Below, piece by piece: positions 9,306 through 17,333 of a DNA stretch of 64,000 nucleotides. The notes beneath the pieces were generated by a model. That model saw only the letters and a list, made by a program, of their open reading frames with translations, was not told the DNA's origin and did no database searches. Source of the stretch: an uncultured Clostridia bacterium (GTDB lineage Bacteria > Bacillota > Limnochordia > Darwinibacteriales > DTU012); NCBI GenBank assembly GCA_900019385.1, contig FIZJ01000011.1:4006-68005 (forward strand). Reading direction: 5' to 3'. Each line of letters starts with the position of its first letter. Position 1 is the stretch's first letter. Both the position numbers and the translations under genes were made by a program.

Positions 9306-9776
9306 GTGGGCACAAGGCGATCCAAAGCCATAATCACTGCGGCGATTGTGATTGCCACCATTGCCGGGGTGATGTTGGCGATTCGCCCCGACAGCGGCGG
9401 GCAGGAAGCCAAGACAGATCCGGGAGTGGTTTTGGAACGAGTTGAACTTTTGGGGAGCGAAAAAGGTGTCCACCGCTGGAAACTTCTCGCCGGGGTTTTC
9501 CGCCAGGAGAAGGAACTGGTTTATCTAGACCAGATTGACCAGCTGGTGCTTTTGGAAAATGGTGAACCCAAGTATTACGTCTATGCCCAAAGCGGAGTGT
9601 GGTCGCCCCGGGAAAACCAACTGCGGCTGGAAGGTGGTGTTGTGGTTGAGGATCGGGCAGGCTTTTCCTTGGCCACGGACGGATTGGTTTGGAACAGCCA
9701 AAAAGGGCTGCTGGATTTTGTGGGCAGCATAACGGTGACTGTTATTCAAGGGGGAGAAGCGGATGAAAAGGACTAG
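9306..9776 (+). CDS. lptC: LptC-like LPS export protein (membrane-anchored)
   Basis: GTG start, a single N-terminal TM and an OstA/LptC-like beta-jellyroll pattern (W.L.A......L..I..L.L.E......Y..A..G). It lies between lptD and lptA. Confidence 0.6.
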   Translation: MGTRRSKAIITAAIVIATIAGVMLAIRPDSGGQEAKTDPGVVLERVELLGSEKGVHRWKLLAGVFRQEKELVYLDQIDQLVLLENGEPKYYVYAQSGVWSPRENQLRLEGGVVVEDRAGFSLATDGLVWNSQKGLLDFVGSITVTVIQGGEADEKD

Positions 9777-10386
9777 TTTGGTGATAGCAATCATTTTGCT
9801 GGCTGCTTTCACATTTTGCGCGGCGGCTCAGGAAGCGGATGTCGAGCAGCCTGCCGCGGCGAAACCAGCTGAGCAAAGCGACAGAGTCATGATTGAAACC
9901 GTGGACGTACCGTTGGAATTCACCGGCAGCTTCAACTGGGAAACGGGCGAATTCACCGCTGATGTGTCTGAATACGAGGGAGCCTATATCCAGATCACAT
10001 TCAAGGATGTGGTAGTTATCGGCCAAGCTGTGGTGCACCGCCAAAAAGAGAACTATCTGCTTGTCACCGGGAATGTGCGGGTGGAACAAAAAGACTTTGT
10101 TCTCATCTGTGATCAAGTAGAATATTATACCGAACTGGAAAAACTGATCGGCACCGGCAATGTGAAGGTCAAGACAGATGACATCGATGCCTCGTCAGAT
10201 GAAATGATCTATCTCCAGAAAGAAGAGCAGGTCGACTTCATCGGGAATGTGGCCGCGGAAACCAAGGATGCCACAATCTACGGGGAGCATCTGATCGTGC
10301 TCAGGCCGACAAACAGCATTCGGTTCAACGGCTGGTTCAGAGTTGAAACAAAAGAGAGCGAGCCGGCAGCACAAACAGGCGAATAG
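9763..10386 (+). CDS. lptA: LptA (OstA-like periplasmic LPS bridge protein)
   Basis: Signal peptide and repeated OstA motif (LLVTGNVRVEQKDFVLICDQVEYY....L.GTGNVKV). It overlaps the lptC end by 14 nt. Confidence 0.65.
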   Translation: MKRTSLVIAIILLAAFTFCAAAQEADVEQPAAAKPAEQSDRVMIETVDVPLEFTGSFNWETGEFTADVSEYEGAYIQITFKDVVVIGQAVVHRQKENYLLVTGNVRVEQKDFVLICDQVEYYTELEKLIGTGNVKVKTDDIDASSDEMIYLQKEEQVDFIGNVAAETKDATIYGEHLIVLRPTNSIRFNGWFRVETKESEPAAQTGE

Positions 10387-10419
10387 GCATAAGCTGGCGC
10401 TTTTAGCGGCTATTTCCGG

Positions 10420-10448
10420 TTAAACCCTCTCCAGCGCTGTGTTATAAT
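10420..10448 (+). promoter_or_regulatory. Candidate sigma-70 promoter upstream of the giant membrane protein
   Basis: TTAAAC, 17 nt spacer, TGtTATAAT (extended -10), 25 nt upstream of SD GGGGAGGG. Confidence 0.4.
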
Positions 10449-10478
10449 GAAAACACCAGGTGGGGAGGGTTTTTGCTT

Positions 10479-12626
10479 ATGTTTAGGTTCTTTCGCGACG
10501 GGCTTTACCGCGATTATATAATATTAATCCTGGTCACCATAATCGCCGGGGCCGCAGTGTCGTCTGGAGTGGCCTGGGCTGTTGATGTCTATTTTGGCGA
10601 CACGATCCAGGAAATGATCGGCGACAACGGCGAATTCGACTTGATCCTCCACATCCGGGAAGCTTCGGAGGAAGCCGCTGTCCGGGAACTGGAACGGATC
10701 GCCCAACAGCAGTACCCCGGCGCAGTTATCTCCAAAACCATATCCCTGGCCGGACAGGTCAATTATCTTTTCGGGTTTCCAAAGGAAGCCAAGACTGCGG
10801 AAACCTTCTCGCGCCTGCCCTCGATTTTCAACGCTGTACCCGGTTTGAACAGCTATACCGTGATCGTGGAGCCAAGTGTGCTGGTGAGAGGAGTCCATCC
10901 CAGCATCAGCGACACACTCCAGCAGCGCTTCAATCAGATCGGCGGGGTTAGTTTTGCTTTCAGGGACGGCAAAAACATGCTGATCGTCCTTGAAGGGGCG
11001 GAGCATTCCAAGCGAGTGATGAACGAAGTTAAGCAGATTCTCAAGGACTACCAGGTGCTTGAGATCCGTTTCCCCATGGGATTCGACGTGGATGTCCAGT
11101 CCACCGGCGACGCTGTGATTCAACTACTGCGCAAGGAATATCCAGGAGCGAAACTAGCCAACGTGTCTTCCACCGAGTACGGCGAAGAGCTGGATGCGCT
11201 GATGAAAACCCTGGTGGAAATGCGGCATTTTCTATTAAGCTATGCGTCCAAGGTCACGATCAAGCTTGCACCCGGATCCACAGTGGTGATGGGCGAGCAG
11301 ATTGTGGTCCAGGGGTTGAGCCAACAGGTTCCCGCTTCCGGTGAGGAAGCCGCTTCTGATCACGTGGTGATTGAAATCTTGGAAGTAAACGGCGATCAAG
11401 CCCAAGGCATGATTGTCTCCGGCTCGGCCGCCGCCGACGGCGGTGTGCTCACTCAGCCGGGATACGAGTATTTGAGCGAAAGCAAAATTGGCAAGCCGGT
11501 AGGAGAAGTCCGCATCGAAAATGAACGCTACCGGCTGAACTATGCAATCGAAGAAAGCCTGCGCCTGCTGCGGGAGCTTGACGGCCTGTCTGTTGAGGCA
11601 GCTCTTGCCGTGGAGCGGGCCGACAAGGTTTTGACCACTTTCCAGGAGGCCCTGATGCAGCTGGAGGTCCTGCAGGTGCAGATGCAGCAGTTGAACAAAG
11701 GCCTGGCCGAGAAGGGAGCCCAGTCCACAAGTGAACAGCTGATTATCTCCCTGTTTATCAACGGGCTTTTGAAAAGTATCGCCAAAAGCGGTTCAGAAAC
11801 GGCGGAAGAATTTGATCTCGATCAGCTGGAAAACCTGGACATCGCTTCGATGCGTTCAAGCCTTGAAAGCATTGCCGAGCAGATCGGCAGCATTCAGGAG
11901 ATTGATGTCCAGGCGATCATCGATCAAGTCAGCGACATCCGTGACAGCCTGCCTGATCTGGATGACGAGGAGATCGGTAAATCCGTGCGTTTGGTGGACA
12001 ACTATATCGCCGGCCAGGTCATTCCCGGCGAGCGGATTCAGATTCTGGTGGAGAAGGGCCCGGTCGATACCGAGGCGGTGGAGCCCTTAATCCGAAGCAG
12101 GCTGCAGAATCAATATCTAAATGTCTATTCCATCGCCGCCGGCACTGTCAATCCCGACACCCGCACCGAGGTGTTCCGGATCCTAAAAGAGGTGCGGGCC
12201 ACCATAGCCGGGATCCTGTCCATCGTGCTGGTGGGAGTGTTCTTAATCCTCGATCATGCCACCATTTTCAGCACACTGAAATGGTTCCGGGCGAATCAGA
12301 AGCAGCCCAGGCATGGACTGGCGAAGCTCATGAATCCGGTTGCCCTTTTCAGCGCCGCGGTGGGGGCGGCGGTTTTGGCCGCGACTTACTGGCTGAGCCG
12401 GGCGGCGGTCCCATATGTCTCCATGGCCACGGTGGCTGTGATCGGCATGGGGCTTGGGGCGGCAGTCGGCATCTTTTCCGAGAAATTCAGCCCGGTGCGG
12501 GCCGATGAAATCATGGCCGGCCTGGCGCTTGGCTTGAACAACGCCCAGATCATGCACGAAATCGTGATCCCTGACGGCAGGCCGGGGCTGCTGCAGCTGA
12601 TGAACCGGGCCAAACAGAAGTTTTAG
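10479..12626 (+). CDS. Large membrane protein of unknown function (1 N-terminal TM, ~550-aa extracytoplasmic region with coiled coil, 3 C-terminal TM)
   Basis: Long ORF with good SD spacing to ATG 10479 (TTG 10473 is also possible). Hydrophobic segments are IILILVTIIAGAAVSSGVAWAV, IAGILSIVLVGVFLILDHATIF, VALFSAAVGAAVLAATYWL and MATVAVIGMGLGAAVGIF. The heptad-like middle reads LQEALMQLEVLQVQMQQLNKGL. I could not place it in a family by eye. Confidence 0.6.
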   Translation: MFRFFRDGLYRDYIILILVTIIAGAAVSSGVAWAVDVYFGDTIQEMIGDNGEFDLILHIREASEEAAVRELERIAQQQYPGAVISKTISLAGQVNYLFGFPKEAKTAETFSRLPSIFNAVPGLNSYTVIVEPSVLVRGVHPSISDTLQQRFNQIGGVSFAFRDGKNMLIVLEGAEHSKRVMNEVKQILKDYQVLEIRFPMGFDVDVQSTGDAVIQLLRKEYPGAKLANVSSTEYGEELDALMKTLVEMRHFLLSYASKVTIKLAPGSTVVMGEQIVVQGLSQQVPASGEEAASDHVVIEILEVNGDQAQGMIVSGSAAADGGVLTQPGYEYLSESKIGKPVGEVRIENERYRLNYAIEESLRLLRELDGLSVEAALAVERADKVLTTFQEALMQLEVLQVQMQQLNKGLAEKGAQSTSEQLIISLFINGLLKSIAKSGSETAEEFDLDQLENLDIASMRSSLESIAEQIGSIQEIDVQAIIDQVSDIRDSLPDLDDEEIGKSVRLVDNYIAGQVIPGERIQILVEKGPVDTEAVEPLIRSRLQNQYLNVYSIAAGTVNPDTRTEVFRILKEVRATIAGILSIVLVGVFLILDHATIFSTLKWFRANQKQPRHGLAKLMNPVALFSAAVGAAVLAATYWLSRAAVPYVSMATVAVIGMGLGAAVGIFSEKFSPVRADEIMAGLALGLNNAQIMHEIVIPDGRPGLLQLMNRAKQKF

Positions 12627-12640
12627 AGGGGGAGATAGAG

Positions 12641-13369
12641 TTGCTGAAAATCAGGGGCTTACGGAAGCAATACGGCAAACACATTGCTGTCGACGGTGTG
12701 GATCTGGACGTGCGGCGGGGCGAAACCGTGGTGATCATGGGCCCCAGCGGCTGCGGCAAATCGACCATGATCCGCTGTGTCAACCGTTTGACAGAACCGG
12801 ATGCAGGTGAAATCCTTGTGGACGGCAAGTCAATCCTGAGCCTGGATGATCAGAGCTTGAGAGAGTTCCGCCGGACAGTAGGTTTTGTGTTTCAGCAGTT
12901 CAACCTGATCGCCCGTCTTAATGTCTTGGACAATGTCATGTTCCACCTGGTGCTGGCGGGTGTCCCTCGTGAGCAGGCGGAAGCTCGAGCCCGCAAGGCC
13001 TTGGCCAAAGTGGGGCTTGAAAGCTCGGAACACAAACATCCGGCTAACTTGAGCGGCGGCGAACAGCAGCGGGTGGGGATTGCCCGGGCGCTTGCCTCCA
13101 ACCCTCAGCTGATGCTTTGGGATGAGCCTACCGCCTCGCTGGACCCGATCCTGATCGGAGAGGTCCTGGACGTGATGGAGGAGCTTGTGCGCACAACCAA
13201 CACCACATCCATCATTGTCACCCATGAAGTCGGTTTCGCTTTGAAGGTCGCCGACCGGATTATCCTGATGGACAAAGGAAAAGTGGTGGAAGAAGGATCT
13301 CCCCGGGCCATTTTTGCCGATCCCCAGTCCGAAGTCGGTAAAAAATACCAGCGCTTGATTGCCAGTTAA
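12641..13369 (+). CDS. ABC transporter ATP-binding protein, polar-amino-acid (GlnQ/HisP)-like NBD
   Basis: Walker A GPSGCGKST, signature LSGGEQQRVGIARAL, Walker B LMLWDEPTASLDP and H-loop VTHEVGFA. The IRCVNRL.EP..G and DEPT.ALDP style is that of PAAT-type NBDs. Confidence 0.85.
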   Translation: MLKIRGLRKQYGKHIAVDGVDLDVRRGETVVIMGPSGCGKSTMIRCVNRLTEPDAGEILVDGKSILSLDDQSLREFRRTVGFVFQQFNLIARLNVLDNVMFHLVLAGVPREQAEARARKALAKVGLESSEHKHPANLSGGEQQRVGIARALASNPQLMLWDEPTASLDPILIGEVLDVMEELVRTTNTTSIIVTHEVGFALKVADRIILMDKGKVVEEGSPRAIFADPQSEVGKKYQRLIAS

Positions 13370-13463
13370 ACCACAGCAGGAAAAAACCTTTTTTTGCCGA
13401 ATTAGTAACTTCGCCGAGAGGTATCTCGGCTTATTTTCTAAATGGCAAGAAGGTGAATGCCTG

Positions 13464-13907
13464 GTGGACATAGACCAAATACTGGCGCTGCTGCCCCACC
13501 GTTACCCGTTCCTGATGGTGGACAAGGTTGTTGAGGTGGAAGCAGGGAAAAGGTTGGTGGCGGTCAAGAACGTCACCATCAACGAGCCCCATTTTCAAGG
13601 CCACTACCCCCGCTTTCCCGTCATGCCCGGAGTGCTGATACTAGAGGCAATGGCGCAGGCGGGCGGCTTGGCGGCGGCAAGCAGCCAACAGACAGGCGAT
13701 CCCGATGTGATTCCGCTGCTGGCTGCTGTGGACAAGGCCAAGTTCCGCAAAATGGTGCGCCCCGGCGATCAGCTGGTGATTGAAGTTGATGTTCTGAAAG
13801 TCGGGAGCAGGTTGGCAAAAGTTGCCGCCAAGGCGCTGGTGGAAGGAGAGCTGGCGGCCGAAAGCGAACTCACTTTTGTGCTGTCGAAGAGAGGAGCCAG
13901 TCTATAG
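13464..13907 (+). CDS. fabZ: 3-hydroxyacyl-ACP dehydratase FabZ
   Basis: LLPHRYPFLMVDKV...NEPHFQGHYP..PVMPGVLILEAMAQ is the canonical FabZ motif set. GTG 13464 has SD GAAGGTGA 8 nt upstream. The 13359 start would add a non-homologous extension. Confidence 0.9.
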   Translation: MDIDQILALLPHRYPFLMVDKVVEVEAGKRLVAVKNVTINEPHFQGHYPRFPVMPGVLILEAMAQAGGLAAASSQQTGDPDVIPLLAAVDKAKFRKMVRPGDQLVIEVDVLKVGSRLAKVAAKALVEGELAAESELTFVLSKRGASL

Positions 13908-13909
13908 CC

Positions 13910-15034
13910 ATGGCACAGAAAAGGATTATGGTCATCAGCAGCGACACCTCCAGCGATCTTTACGGGGCTCGGCTGACGAAAGCATTGAAGTCAATCATTC
14001 CTGATGTGCCGCTGTTTGGCGTCGGTGGATTGATGATGGAAGAAAGCGGTGTCCGCCTGCTGTATAATCTTTCTGAGCTGGAAAACCTGGGCGGGTTCGA
14101 GGCCCTGAAGACACCTCACGTGGTGAAGCGGTTGGTCCAGCGGATTGCGGGATCCATGGACAAGTTCAGGCCGGAACTGGTGGTGCAGATCGGGATGCCG
14201 GTCTTCAGCCTCAAATTGATCGAACTGGCCAAGGCCAAGGGGCTGCCGGTGGTCTATTACAATTCCCCTTTGAATTGGGGGGCTGAACCAGTCAAGCTGT
14301 CCCGCTTGGCCCAGGTTGTGGACAAGGTGATTGCCGTCAGCCGCTACGAAGCCCGGATCTGCGAAAGCCACGGGATCAATGTGGAATTTGCCGGGCACCC
14401 ATTGGTGGATGTGGCCGCTGATGCGGACTTGGCCCTCCGCGGCGGGTTGGATCTGGCCGAAGGCATGCCGGTCGCGGTTCTGCTTCCAGGCTGCCGCGAA
14501 GCGGAAGTGAAAATGTATCTCCCCACATTACTCAAGGCAGTCAAGCGAATCAATATGGAGTGCAGGCTGCAGACAGTGGTCGCCGTTCCCAAAATGATCC
14601 GGCAGGAATGCTGCGGAGCGATGATTGAAAAAAGCGGCCTGGAGAATGTAAAGGTCACCGATGACATTCCCGGGATTCTATCCGCGGCGGATGTCGCAGT
14701 GGTCACCAGCGGTATGGACAGCATCCTGGCGGCGGCAGTCCGCGTCCCGGCGGCGGCAGTGCACAGGGAGGCCACCACAGCCTATTTTGTGGACAAAATG
14801 CTGCTGCGCAGATCGCATTTTGCCGTGATCAACTTTTTGATGCAGGAGGAAATCCTGCCGGAGCTGGTCCAAACTGAATTTACCGAAACAAAGGTGGCGG
14901 AAGCCGTACTCAGGCTGCTGAATGATTCCCAAGCGCGGAGCGAGTACTTCCACAGGCTGGAACGCCTGCCTGAGGAATTGGGAGCCCCGGGAGCCACCGA
15001 CAGGGCGGCTCGGATTATCACCGGCATGCTGTAG
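13910..15034 (+). CDS. lpxB: Lipid-A-disaccharide synthase LpxB
   Basis: 374 aa. It has N-terminal I.V.SSDTSSDLYGA.L (LpxB GE.SGD..GA.L block), GT-B length, and sits next to fabZ. Confidence 0.8.
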   Translation: MAQKRIMVISSDTSSDLYGARLTKALKSIIPDVPLFGVGGLMMEESGVRLLYNLSELENLGGFEALKTPHVVKRLVQRIAGSMDKFRPELVVQIGMPVFSLKLIELAKAKGLPVVYYNSPLNWGAEPVKLSRLAQVVDKVIAVSRYEARICESHGINVEFAGHPLVDVAADADLALRGGLDLAEGMPVAVLLPGCREAEVKMYLPTLLKAVKRINMECRLQTVVAVPKMIRQECCGAMIEKSGLENVKVTDDIPGILSAADVAVVTSGMDSILAAAVRVPAAAVHREATTAYFVDKMLLRRSHFAVINFLMQEEILPELVQTEFTETKVAEAVLRLLNDSQARSEYFHRLERLPEELGAPGATDRAARIITGML

Positions 15035-15060
15035 GTAGATTTGAAGGAGCGGTCGGACCT

Positions 15061-15780
15061 GTGAGTATTATAGCTGTGAACTTGGTAAAGCGCTACGGAA
15101 AGCGGACTGTGGTCAACAAGGTAACCATCGAGGTGCACCGCGGTGAAATAGTCGGCCTGCTTGGATCAAACGGAGCAGGCAAAACCACAACCTTCGCTCT
15201 CATCGTAGGCATGGAGCGGGCCGAATCAGGTATGATCACTCTGGATCAACAGGATATTACCCATCTGCCCATGTACCGCCGGGGACAGCTGGGCATAGCC
15301 TACCTGCCTCAGGAACCGTCGGTGTTCAGGAAGCTGACGGTGAGCGAAAACATCATGGCGGTACTGCGTTTGACCGGGCTCAGCCAAAAACAGTGTAAAG
15401 AGCGGCTGGACAGCCTGCTCAAGGAGTTTCACCTGGAGCATGTCCGGGATCAGAAAGGTTACCAGATCTCTGGCGGCGAGCGGAGAAGGACGGAAATAGC
15501 AAGAGCATTGGCGGGCAATCCTTCTTTTCTGCTGTTGGACGAGCCTTTCGCCGGTGTCGACCCTATCGCTGTCAGCGAGATTCAGCAGATTGTCGCTTCG
15601 TTAAAGCAAAAGCGGCTGGGGATCCTGATCACCGACCACAATGTGCGGGAGACTTTGAAGATCACAGACCGGGCTTACATCATGCACGAAGGCAAAATTC
15701 TGGTTTCGGGGAGTGCTTCTGACGTATCCCAGGATCAGCTGGCGCGCCAATTCTATCTGGGCAGTGAGTTTCAGATCTAG
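15061..15780 (+). CDS. lptB: LPS export ABC transporter ATPase LptB
   Basis: KRYGKRTVVNKV...GEIVGLLGSNGAGKTTTF ... LPMY.R..LGIAYLPQE.SVFRKLTV.ENI closely follows the LptB consensus. Signature is ISGGERRR and Walker B is LLLDEPFAGVDP. Confidence 0.85.
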   Translation: MSIIAVNLVKRYGKRTVVNKVTIEVHRGEIVGLLGSNGAGKTTTFALIVGMERAESGMITLDQQDITHLPMYRRGQLGIAYLPQEPSVFRKLTVSENIMAVLRLTGLSQKQCKERLDSLLKEFHLEHVRDQKGYQISGGERRRTEIARALAGNPSFLLLDEPFAGVDPIAVSEIQQIVASLKQKRLGILITDHNVRETLKITDRAYIMHEGKILVSGSASDVSQDQLARQFYLGSEFQI

Positions 15781-15814
15781 CCCCGCCGGCTGGTTCAAAA
15801 AGAGGTGAGCTTTG

Positions 15815-16960
15815 ATGTATGGTTTTACCTTAATCTTTATTCTGGCTTTCATAGGAGGCGTCATCGCCTATATCGGCGACAAGATCGGCATGAAGGTCGG
15901 CCGTAAAAGGCTCACTCTCTTTGGGCTGCGCCCAAAATACACGGGGATTGTTATCACAATCGTCACAGGCATTTTCATTTCTCTCGCCTCGATCATCATT
16001 CTGGCCATCGCCTCCGACGATGTCCGCACAGCTTTGTTCCGAATGAAAGAGATTCAGGAAACTCTTGCAGTGAACCAACGGCAGTTGGAGCAGAGTATTA
16101 CCGCCATGGCCGAGATGCGGGATGATTTGGACAAGCTGATCGCCGAGCGGAATTCAGCATCCGCCGAGCTGTTAGAGACCCAGTCTCAATTGGATCAGGT
16201 AAGAACTCAGTACCAGGAGTTGGAGCAGAAGAAGGTGGAGCTGGAAACCGCCATCAAGGAAGCGGAAACGCAAATCGAGATGCTGCGGGAGTTTAATCAG
16301 ATCGCTGTTGGCTTCGCTGAATGGATCCAGTACGGCGACATGATTTTTCATGCTGACCAGATTGTTCATGCCGCAGTGGTTGAATCCAGCCCCGATATCA
16401 ATCAGATCTATGCCCAACTTGACTCCATCCTCGACGAGGCGGATGCGAAAGCCTACGCGTTCGGGGCACGGACAGAAGACTCTGAATCGGCGATCCTGCT
16501 CAATCCAGACCGTAAAGATTTGGCTGCCAGCATGATCCATCAGGGACAGGGCTTGTTTGTCGTACGCGTGTTGTCTGCGGCCAACACTGTCGTGGGGCAG
16601 CCGGTCGTCGGTGAACTGCAGATTATCCCCAACACCATCATTTTCCAAGACGGGGCGGTGCTCAGTGAAATCACCGTGGATCTCAACCGGGCTGCTGATG
16701 TAGTCAATGTGGGCCAGAAGATTGCCTATCTTTTGAACCAAGCCAGCGCGCTGGCAGTGATGAGAGGCGCCCTCACCTCCGACGACGGAGGGGCGGTGGA
16801 AGTGAAGCTCGGCGAGATCAGCAATTGCATCGACCGGATCAGAGAACTGGCCGAGATGGAGGACAAGCCTCAGCAGGTAAGAATTCAGGCCAAAGCCATT
16901 GGAGACACGTGGGCTGTTGACGGGCCTGTCAACATCAGGCTGGAAATTGTCCACGAATGA
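15815..16960 (+). CDS. DUF3084-family membrane/coiled-coil protein
   Basis: N-terminus FIGGVIAYIGDKIGMKVGRKRLTLFGLRPKYT matches the recalled DUF3084 signature. It has two TM segments, then a coiled coil (residues ~90-160) and a globular C-terminal domain. Confidence 0.6.
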   Translation: MYGFTLIFILAFIGGVIAYIGDKIGMKVGRKRLTLFGLRPKYTGIVITIVTGIFISLASIIILAIASDDVRTALFRMKEIQETLAVNQRQLEQSITAMAEMRDDLDKLIAERNSASAELLETQSQLDQVRTQYQELEQKKVELETAIKEAETQIEMLREFNQIAVGFAEWIQYGDMIFHADQIVHAAVVESSPDINQIYAQLDSILDEADAKAYAFGARTEDSESAILLNPDRKDLAASMIHQGQGLFVVRVLSAANTVVGQPVVGELQIIPNTIIFQDGAVLSEITVDLNRAADVVNVGQKIAYLLNQASALAVMRGALTSDDGGAVEVKLGEISNCIDRIRELAEMEDKPQQVRIQAKAIGDTWAVDGPVNIRLEIVHE

Positions 16961-17018
16961 GGCAAATATTCACCAATATGCTGACTGGTGGGAAGGAAAA
17001 AGCAATTTGTAATTGAAT

Positions 17019-17027
17019 TGGTATAAT
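17019..17027 (+). promoter_or_regulatory. Extended -10 element (TGgTATAAT) in the long AT-rich region upstream of the OmpM-like gene
   Basis: TGGTATAAT is read directly. No good -35 is present. Use of this element would give a ~300-nt leader. Confidence 0.3.
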
Positions 17028-17333
17028 AGGCCGCAATAGCCTTAAGCAGGGAACTACCCCCAAAAAAAATGATTATGGTAGAAGGAATATATTTAGGACG
17101 TGTAGAAATAGAGTTTAAGATGCTGTTATGTGTCGGTCTTTTTTTCTATTTTTCTGTCTCAAAATCGGAAAAAGGGGGGAACTGTGTTCTAATACATAGG
17201 TTGAACAGCACGATTTGCCGAGAAAACGGATATCAGTGGTAAAGGCGTTTCCGAGGAAACAAGGGGAAACTCGTGAACGGTTTTACTTCACTGACTATCA
17301 AGGTCATCAAAATTCAATGGGAGGTTATTGCTG

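Noticed and set aside
13359-13463. Upstream ATG start for FabZ. The same applies to upstream starts for BamA 1510, AroA 36443, MetK 43476, CpaA 50285, CpaC 53015, ParB-like 29147, GH2 38901 and FlgM 18.
   Set aside because: The extensions overlap upstream genes or terminators and add non-homologous residues. Internal starts have proper SD spacing and match family N-termini.
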